From: a virus
Lineage: Duplodnaviria; Caudoviricetes
Virus record (IMG/VR): IMGVR_UViG_3300020148_000032
Length of the DNA stretch: 64,000 bases
Direction: 5' to 3' (one strand)
The translations under genes were made by a program, and so were the position numbers. Positions within the stretch are counted from its first letter, which is position 1. Every line of letters begins with the position of its first letter. Of the stretch, positions 57,546 through 64,000 are shown piece by piece. The notes under the pieces were generated by a model. The model was not told the DNA's origin and did no database searches. It saw only the letters and a program-made list of their open reading frames with translations.

Positions 57546-57929
57546 ATGAGTATTAAAAGGGTTTTACTTACCAATGAACAAGTAAAGTTTTTAGAAGACA
57601 ATAAAATAGTTTTTACGACAGATTTTGAAGGTTTTTCACCCATACAAGCGTTTGGATGGGTGAATAACACACAGAGGTTCTATTTTAGAATTAGAGGTAA
57701 AGAAACGTCCCTTCGTGTGGGTTATGCTGATCAAGAAGAAGAGAATGTTAAATCGTTCCTCAAAGGTAAAGAACCAGAGGATATTAATTCTTTCGATTAT
57801 TATCCAACAGAGACAATATTGAATTCATCTTTTTCTCTTACTGGTGGAGAATCTCTTTTTGAAATCTTTCAAAAAGCGTTCAATTTATTAAGGCCCTCAA
57901 GTAAAGAAAATAATTTTGATTTCTCATGA
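57546..57929 (+). CDS. Hypothetical phage protein
   Basis: PIQAFG...FYFRIRG. Confidence 0.55.
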   Translation: MSIKRVLLTNEQVKFLEDNKIVFTTDFEGFSPIQAFGWVNNTQRFYFRIRGKETSLRVGYADQEEENVKSFLKGKEPEDINSFDYYPTETILNSSFSLTGGESLFEIFQKAFNLLRPSSKENNFDFS

Positions 57930-58222
57930 TACGAAACAACCTTAAATTTTTTGCAACTGATGAGGAAAGAATTAATGATAAGATTCTAGAAAGCACTTTA
58001 GTGCACTCTGACCCTCAAATAGATAAGTATTATCTTCCTAACCGTTCTCAATTGCAAGAAGTTTTAATGAAAGCTAGGATCTATAAGGGAACTTGGTATC
58101 ACAGTGTGGTGATATTACGGAAGAGTTTAAATAATACTCCAGAATTGATGAAAGTGAAAAAACTTGGAGCCGACGCTGGAATTTATATTGAGAATATTCT
58201 TACTCCGGAGGTAAAGAAATGA
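57926..58222 (+). CDS. Hypothetical protein
   Basis: ATGA coupling. Confidence 0.5.
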   Translation: MIRNNLKFFATDEERINDKILESTLVHSDPQIDKYYLPNRSQLQEVLMKARIYKGTWYHSVVILRKSLNNTPELMKVKKLGADAGIYIENILTPEVKK

Positions 58223-58482
58223 AATCTGAATCTTTTAGAATCAGAACTGTTGAACAGAATAAAACTTTTTGTGGTCAATCTGACGCTTTTTATACTGTTA
58301 ATTATATAACGAGAAATGGGAAGATTCATATCTCTAAAATTCGTCGTATTATTCCTAAAACAAATTTGATAAAACATTTCCATAAATCACTCTTGAAAGA
58401 AGTTCTTTCTAAATTTATTAATAAAGATGATTCAGAAATTTTTGATCATATTTCTATTGATCGAGTAGAAATAGTAGAATAG
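58219..58482 (+). CDS. Hypothetical protein
   Basis: GGAGG RBS, ATGA coupling. Confidence 0.55.
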   Translation: MKSESFRIRTVEQNKTFCGQSDAFYTVNYITRNGKIHISKIRRIIPKTNLIKHFHKSLLKEVLSKFINKDDSEIFDHISIDRVEIVE

Positions 58483-58492
58483 AGAAATAAAC

Positions 58493-58816
58493 ATGACCTT
58501 TATACTTTACTCCGTTCTGTTTACATCACCACTTTTCGCTATTTCAGTGTGTTATTTGCTTATGAAAAAATCTTGGAATAGAGCTGCTAGTGGAGTGACT
58601 TCTCTTTTACTTTTTTCTTTCTTAATTTTTATGGTATGGTTTGCTTTTGATAGTCATATTCAGCCTGGTACTTTAGAGTCAGTAACATTTCCATATTTTT
58701 ATGGAGCTTTACTTCTTGTTTCACTTTCTTTGCAAGTGACTGCTTTATTGAAAGTATTGGACCTTGTTGATACCGTTGAAAGTGTAGGGTTCAAAGAGGC
58801 ATGGAGTAAATTTTAA
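58493..58816 (+). CDS. Membrane protein
   Basis: Three hydrophobic helices. Confidence 0.55.
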   Translation: MTFILYSVLFTSPLFAISVCYLLMKKSWNRAASGVTSLLLFSFLIFMVWFAFDSHIQPGTLESVTFPYFYGALLLVSLSLQVTALLKVLDLVDTVESVGFKEAWSKF

Positions 58817-59370
58817 AAAGATTTCTTGTAGAGATTTTTAGCCCATTCTGTGTTGAGCATTTCAATGGGTGGGAATTCTGGGTCCACACCTCGACCGCCT
58901 TTTTCTTGATTAAGTCCTTGTCTAAACTCATCGTAATCAAGCTCTAGTCTTTGAAGAAGATCGGCATCTTGAATAATTGCTGATGGTAAAGTAAGAGGTT
59001 TCTCGTGAGGAAAATATGTTGCTCTGATGAGCATTTCCACCAACTTCTCATCATCAACAAGTGTTGACTTTCTCATAAAGTCAACACTTGCCTGAATATT
59101 ACGTTCCTCAGTAGCTCCTGGAATGTAATCAGTATCATGAAACAAACCAGCAATCATAAGAGATTGAATAATGTGCTGACTTAAACCGTGGTATTCTCCA
59201 CCTTTTCCTGCCCAATAACTTACACTAAGTAAATGATCCCAACCATGATAAGGAAGTCTTAAACTAGGATTGTGATCCTCAACATAATCTAAAAACAATA
59301 CTGAGAGCGAATATTCATCGAAAAGAGCTTCTAACCTCTCTTCACGGTCAATTGTAAAACGTTTATCCAT
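58813..59370 (-). CDS. HD-domain phosphohydrolase
   Basis: PYHGWDH, AGLFHD, IRAT, IQDAD. Confidence 0.8.
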   Translation of the reverse strand: MDKRFTIDREERLEALFDEYSLSVLFLDYVEDHNPSLRLPYHGWDHLLSVSYWAGKGGEYHGLSQHIIQSLMIAGLFHDTDYIPGATEERNIQASVDFMRKSTLVDDEKLVEMLIRATYFPHEKPLTLPSAIIQDADLLQRLELDYDEFRQGLNQEKGGRGVDPEFPPIEMLNTEWAKNLYKKSF

Positions 59371-59670
59371 TACTTAAACTTTCCCTCAAATGCATTATTA
59401 TTATACCGAAAAACTAATTACTCACAAAATAAAATCTTATGTTGCTTGCAATTCCCTCAACTGTCAAGATAATAAAAAGCTTATGTATATTAAGCACTAT
59501 CATGGAGAAGTAATTCTTACTTATCGAAAATAAGAATGGCGACCACTTTATTGTGACCGCCATTTCGTTTTTATTATTGAGGTGTATGTACTTTAGGAAG
59601 ACCTCTACCAATACTTGGTCGAGCTAAATCCGGGTTTTGTCTCATCAACTCTTGAACTAGGTCGCCCTCA

Positions 59671-60825
59671 TTACTCTCCAGCAAAACTTTGGTAACTAGC
59701 ATCAGATCCAGTCATTACGCTACTGATTGTGTTAGAGTCCCCACCGAGTATTGTATGAAGACCTCCGTCCCAGCTAGTAGTAATAGTTGTGTAACGCATA
59801 TTAGTGCTAACTGAACCATCTTCTGGAGATACGGTAAAGTCTGTCAGGGAGAGAATCCCAATGTCAGTCCAAGCTTTCCCCAGGTATGAGGTATAGTTTC
59901 CAATGCTATATGCAACCCACATACCCTGATTATTAGGTCCGCCGCTAATCATATTAATTGGCTGTGGAGTATGAGGGTGATGCCCGATAAGAACATCAAC
60001 TTCTCCACTTTCAGCAATATATTCACTAATAGCAATCTGGCTAGCACTTGGAGTCGTAATATACTCTTGACAACAATGAACACTTGCCATTACTACGTCG
60101 GCGCCTTCTGCTCGAGCAGTTCTAGCGTCTTCGATAAGTGGATTAAGTGTTGATAAATCAAATCGCGAGAATGTGTTGACTGCCCAAGGTTTGCCAGCAG
60201 GTTTACTAAGCCCATTGAGAGCCCAAGTGTAACTTACGATACCTATAGTAAGTTCTACCCCGTCTTTTTCAAGGGTAATAAGAAGCGGTCCAGCACCCTC
60301 ATCTGAATCGCTAACTCCAGTAATCTGGATTCCTGCTTCGGAAGCCGACTTTCGCGTGTCTTGAATCGCTGAGAAGCCACCGTCCATCGAGTGATTGCTT
60401 GCTGCTGAGCATGCATCCCAACCATAATTTTTTAACTGTTGTAAAGTGCTGTATGGATTCGTAAAGACTGGAGCTTCTCTCATGACGAAACTTGGCCCTG
60501 TAGAGCTTGAAAGGATCTCTAAATGACAAACTGCTAGATCAGCTGATTCTACTGCTGGTAATGCTGGCTCTAGAAGTGAAGAATAATTGTAAGAGTTAGG
60601 AGCAAAATAACGATTGATTTCTGGCCCAGTAAGAAAATCTCCAGCGTTAAGGACAGTAAACACTACTGGATTTTTCACAATTTCAACATCAGGGGTTTTC
60701 ACGACAAAATCACCCGAATTTGCAGTAATCGCTGGTAATTTTTCATTCTCTTGAAGTTCTGGCTCAGTAATAGAACAAGCAGTTAGTGCAAGAACTATGA
60801 GTGCCCCTAGAGTAAGTTTCTTCAT
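59671..60825 (-). CDS. CapA-family (PgsA-like) metallophosphatase lipoprotein
   Basis: Lipobox LTAC; AGD, CHLE, ASNHSMD, GHHPH, YSIGN. Confidence 0.85.
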   Translation of the reverse strand: MKKLTLGALIVLALTACSITEPELQENEKLPAITANSGDFVVKTPDVEIVKNPVVFTVLNAGDFLTGPEINRYFAPNSYNYSSLLEPALPAVESADLAVCHLEILSSSTGPSFVMREAPVFTNPYSTLQQLKNYGWDACSAASNHSMDGGFSAIQDTRKSASEAGIQITGVSDSDEGAGPLLITLEKDGVELTIGIVSYTWALNGLSKPAGKPWAVNTFSRFDLSTLNPLIEDARTARAEGADVVMASVHCCQEYITTPSASQIAISEYIAESGEVDVLIGHHPHTPQPINMISGGPNNQGMWVAYSIGNYTSYLGKAWTDIGILSLTDFTVSPEDGSVSTNMRYTTITTSWDGGLHTILGGDSNTISSVMTGSDASYQSFAGE

Positions 60826-61427
60826 CAGTTCCCTCCCTCGTCAACTTCGTACCATTCGGTTCTCTTGTTAACCTCCTCAAGGAATGTATCAATAAAAATC
60901 GGACCGTAATTCTTATCATCGTTCTTGAAGCCACTTTCATGAACCTTCTCTTGTGAAAGCATAACAATAGACATTGAAGTAAAGCTTGAAAGTCCGCTTA
61001 GGTGAGCGTAAGCACGAAGAAGTGAAACAATGATTCCGCGATCTGCTCCACTTTCGAATTCTAGATTCTTGTATTTGTTAAGAAGTTCAAGAGTCTGGCG
61101 AATGTAATAAAGATGAGCACTTTGAACGAACATGCTAGAGAAATATGGAGCGCGATCAGTAATTCCAGAGTAATAACCTGACATGATGATTTTCTCTAAC
61201 TTTCGTGAATAATCATCCTTATTCTTAAGGAAATCACTTTCGTTGAGTGAGAGATCAGAAGAAATTGAGTCTTTGATTTCTTTTAAAACATCATCATCAT
61301 TGATACCCTCAATAAGAAGAGCAAGAATTGTAAGCTCTTCAAGCTCTTTCTGATTGTTTGATGAAAGAGTCTTAATAAGCTCAACAAGTTTCTTAGTCCA
61401 GAATTTTGTGATAAGAGAATTATTCAT
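60825..61427 (-). CDS. Hypothetical protein
   Basis: TTGACT-17-TAAGGT at 61461-61489. Confidence 0.6.
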   Translation of the reverse strand: MNNSLITKFWTKKLVELIKTLSSNNQKELEELTILALLIEGINDDDVLKEIKDSISSDLSLNESDFLKNKDDYSRKLEKIIMSGYYSGITDRAPYFSSMFVQSAHLYYIRQTLELLNKYKNLEFESGADRGIIVSLLRAYAHLSGLSSFTSMSIVMLSQEKVHESGFKNDDKNYGPIFIDTFLEEVNKRTEWYEVDEGGN

Positions 61428-61550
61428 TTCTATTTCCTAATCCATTATGCATTCACTTTTACCTTATCATATATTAAAAAATAAGTCAAACGGAGTGTCT
61501 ATTGACTTTTATAGAAAAATAGATAAAGTATTTAAAGAAAGGAGCTTATC

Positions 61551-61904
61551 GTGGAATCTCTTTATGTTATTGGAAAAGCGCATCGCAACGAATTTGCACA
61601 TTTTCTTCAGAAGAAGCCAATTGAATACACTGAAGAAAAGAGAGAGAACTTTTCCATATTTACGATAACTAAAGCTTCAGAAATTGATCTTAAAAGGGTC
61701 GCAATGTGGGTTGCTCGTCACCACCACGACCGTGTAGAGATTAAGACTACTCGCCGTATTGCTAAGGCAATCCTTTCTTTTGATAAGACTGATCAACTTG
61801 AGGTGAAAATTATCAAGAAAGGTTTGTTCAAAGTGACTGTTGAAATTTACGGCACTCGACTTTTTGTTAACGCTCTTATGAAGCGTATTGCGGGTATGAG
61901 TTAG
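61551..61904 (+). CDS. Hypothetical protein
   Basis: AAGGAG RBS, GTG start. Confidence 0.6.
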   Translation: MESLYVIGKAHRNEFAHFLQKKPIEYTEEKRENFSIFTITKASEIDLKRVAMWVARHHHDRVEIKTTRRIAKAILSFDKTDQLEVKIIKKGLFKVTVEIYGTRLFVNALMKRIAGMS

Positions 61905-61917
61905 AGCTTAAATAAAT

Positions 61918-61950
61918 TATTAAGGCCCGACTATAGTCGGGCTTTTAATA
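61918..61950. terminator. Intrinsic terminator
   Basis: aaggcccgac-tata-gtcgggcttt. Confidence 0.7.
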
Positions 61951-62061
61951 GTAAGAGCATTGTGGCTCAGTTGGTGAGGTAACGTTCTATACTGCCTTAT
62001 AACAGAATTTCAATCTCTCATGACGTAATGACATACCATCATAGTTTTACCTCGAGAGAGG

Positions 62062-62289
62062 TCAGAAGTCCGTCTTATCTATTCCATATATTTCGCGCAT
62101 AAAACGTCTTTTTTTGTAGGACATGAAATTCATGAGAGAGAATGTAAGTGACGCTAGAGAAATAATAAGGAAATAAAAAGATCTGCTAGAACCCCACGAT
62201 TGTGAGAGAATATAAACAAAAATTCCAAACCCAATAAAGAAGAGGGATGAGAATATAATGTTTTCTATTTCTTTTGCGGAGTATTTCAA
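62062..62289 (-). CDS. Small two-TM membrane protein
   Basis: Two hydrophobic helices. Confidence 0.5.
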   Translation of the reverse strand: MKYSAKEIENIIFSSLFFIGFGIFVYILSQSWGSSRSFYFLIISLASLTFSLMNFMSYKKRRFMREIYGIDKTDF

Positions 62290-62519
62290 TTATTGCCCCC
62301 TTTTACTTTTTCGTATTGCAAAAAGAATGCAAAGTATCTGTCAACAATGCTTTTAATTTCTACATAAAATTCTGATTCTCGTAAAAAGTAGAGAGATGCT
62401 GAATAATTATAGGAAACAAGAATTGCACCATATGTATAATCAAGGCTGCTAATCTCTAGAATTCCATGAGAGAACTCTCGTATACGATAGTTCCCAACTA
62501 TAAATTCAGATTTTTGCAT
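62286..62519 (-). CDS. Hypothetical protein
   Basis: GAGGG RBS. Confidence 0.5.
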   Translation of the reverse strand: MQKSEFIVGNYRIREFSHGILEISSLDYTYGAILVSYNYSASLYFLRESEFYVEIKSIVDRYFAFFLQYEKVKGGNN

Positions 62520-62561
62520 TTTCCCTCATTTCCTCTTTATTGTAACAACTTTATCATCGAG

Positions 62562-63134
62562 TTAAATACTCTTCCATAAAAGTATATTATCATGTTCAAT
62601 GTATTCTCTTTCTATTAAAGAGTTGTTATCCCAGAAGATTTGCGGACTCCACAAATCTTTCACTCCATAAAAACTGAAGAACGTAGTCTTGTTTCCAATA
62701 ATGCATTTTTTACAGGGAATAATTTCACATAAAGCGAGTGAGGTATTGTTACGGGAGTCAAGACTGTCTATTTTATAGATAGACATTTCTCCTAGCATAG
62801 GGGCCTTTATTTTCAACATTACCCCTGGGTAGGAAAGTAATTGATTCCAAGTAGTGAATGTTTCCATCTTGGTTTCCTCAAAGATTAATTCTTTCTCTAC
62901 CTTTTGTTTATATTGAGTAGTTTTAAAGGCGTAACCAAGTGGAGAGTTGTCGTAATACCCGAGTATGTGGAAGAAATTATCGTAAACATGATGTGGAAGA
63001 CTGTAGGATTTTATTTCGATCTCGGTGTTAAGTAGAGCGTGCGCTAAAAGCTCTTCTTTAGACAAATTGGAAGAATTCTTGATCTCTTCTTTTAGTATAG
63101 AAATTCTGTGATTAATAATGTTCATACTGCCCAT
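62562..63134 (-). CDS. Hypothetical protein
   Basis: 190-aa ORF. Confidence 0.55.
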   Translation of the reverse strand: MGSMNIINHRISILKEEIKNSSNLSKEELLAHALLNTEIEIKSYSLPHHVYDNFFHILGYYDNSPLGYAFKTTQYKQKVEKELIFEETKMETFTTWNQLLSYPGVMLKIKAPMLGEMSIYKIDSLDSRNNTSLALCEIIPCKKCIIGNKTTFFSFYGVKDLWSPQIFWDNNSLIEREYIEHDNILLWKSI

Positions 63135-63138
63135 AATG

Positions 63139-63327
63139 TTATGAGAAACATTCTCCTTTATCTTTTAACATACATAAGTTATGGCCTATTTTAGGTTCCA
63201 AATCTGACTGTACTATATTCATAATAAAGATGAAAACTGCCGTAAAGATAAAAAGAGTCATTAAAAAGATTGCATTCTTCTTTAATTTAGCCTTTGCTTG
63301 AGCCATCATGTTACAAGAACCTTTCAC
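63139..63327 (-). CDS. Small membrane protein
   Basis: Single hydrophobic helix. Confidence 0.45.
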   Translation of the reverse strand: MKGSCNMMAQAKAKLKKNAIFLMTLFIFTAVFIFIMNIVQSDLEPKIGHNLCMLKDKGECFS

Positions 63328-63346
63328 TAATATCTTTATTATAACT

Positions 63347-63387
63347 AGTAAAGCCCCGTGACCTGTTGAAAATCACGGGGCTTTACT
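63347..63387. terminator. Intrinsic terminator
   Basis: agtaaagccccgtga...tcacggggctttact. Confidence 0.8.
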
Positions 63388-63397
63388 GTGCAATTTG

Positions 63398-64000
63398 TTA
63401 CCTTGACAACGAAACCAGTCGCATGTCAGTAGTGTTGTTGTAGCAAGTCTGGAGGACAATCGAGCCCGGCATACCCTGCATGACAGACACGTTGTCACCC
63501 TTCTGAACAACCTTCGCTGCCTGAACAGTCCAGACACCATCAAGCTCGCCTCCGGTAATCTTGATTTGCTGACCAACCTGAAGATCCAGAATAGTAGAAC
63601 CACCACAATGACGGTGGATTGGGTAGTAGCCAAGACCGTAGTAAGAACCCCAATAAGTAAGACCGCCAGTGCAGGCATCAACGGCTGCCTGATCGCCAGA
63701 ATTAGCAACCCAAGTGGTCCACACAACACCTGAAGCAGAACCCTTATTCGAAGAATTTGCGGAGCTTGAAGCTGCAGCTTTACGCTGTGCCTCTGCTTGC
63801 GCGGCAGCCTCTTCAGCAGCCTTACGCTCAGCCTCAGCCTTCTCCCATTCTACAACCTCATTGTTGACAACAGTCACCTGGGCTTGGGACTCAACGGTAA
63901 GGGCTTCCACCTCAGAACGAGTGAGGTTAGTAAGAAGGAGAGCAGTCATGGCCTTATTACGTTCAACGGCGAGGGCCGTTCGTGAAGCGTCAGAAGCCTT
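63398..64000 (-). CDS. Exported protein with Ala-rich coiled coil and C-terminal sortase-like domain (5' end beyond window)
   Basis: Frame open to 64000; IHRHCGG..., IVLQTCY...MR resembles sortase His/TLxTC/Arg. Confidence 0.6.
   Translation of the reverse strand, partial: KASDASRTALAVERNKAMTALLLTNLTRSEVEALTVESQAQVTVVNNEVVEWEKAEAERKAAEEAAAQAEAQRKAAASSSANSSNKGSASGVVWTTWVANSGDQAAVDACTGGLTYWGSYYGLGYYPIHRHCGGSTILDLQVGQQIKITGGELDGVWTVQAAKVVQKGDNVSVMQGMPGSIVLQTCYNNTTDMRLVSLSR

Noticed and set aside
59620-59650. GACAAAACCCGGATTTA on the minus strand, like the RNase P 3' end
   Set aside because: No 5' GAGGAAAGTCC partner; the upstream sequence is the CapA coding region.
61955-62040. tRNA-like D-arm (TGGCTCAGTTGGT)
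   Set aside because: No convincing anticodon or T arm (no GTTCGA) and a weak acceptor stem; at most a decayed remnant.
1417-63985. Numerous antisense or overlapping ORFs in the track (e.g. 1417..1740, 13864..14247, 39250..39651, 50775..51191, 56011..56238)
   Set aside because: Shadows of well-supported genes; no RBS or motifs.
1-64000. Stop-codon reassignment, as in some jumbo phages
   Set aside because: Recognisable genes are full length in the standard code, and TAA, TAG and TGA all end genes at sensible positions.

Overview
This window is a gene-dense, AT-rich (roughly one-third GC by eye), mostly minus-strand accessory region of a jumbo phage or giant extrachromosomal element. It uses the standard genetic code and shows no rRNA, CRISPR array, integrase or recognisable virion structural genes. 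Several host-derived genes (PflA, NrdI, TrxB, FMN reductase, duplicated Pth2, DUF1524 nuclease, CapA lipoprotein, sortase-type surface protein) look actinobacterial. The dominant unexplained signal is a ~40-aa N-terminal module, consensus M-x(1-3)-[YF]-H-[IV]-N-P-x-T-G-x-P-G-x-C-x-A-x(3-4)-C-P-[FY]-G-x(4-5)-H-[YF]-x-[ST]-K-E-E-A-x-x-A-Y-E, with a putative His-Cys-Cys-His metal site. It occurs 21 times, fused to unrelated cargo: Rnl1-type RNA ligase, two restriction-endonuclease-like nucleases, LPD29, kinase-like, nucleotidyltransferase, DEDDh exonuclease, OB-fold and coiled-coil proteins. Nearly every tagged gene is preceded by a (TTC)TTTTTAGA[AT]A motif, which differs from the sigma70-type TTGAC[AT]-17-TAnnnT promoters in front of untagged genes. 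A 77-bp direct repeat, an inverted paralogous cassette, a frameshifted paralog and stand-alone tags at 6.9-9.9 kb suggest active shuffling of these cassettes. My best interpretation (inference) is a co-regulated, tag-addressed effector arsenal, for example proteins packaged in the virion and injected. All family calls come from motif recognition, not database searches.
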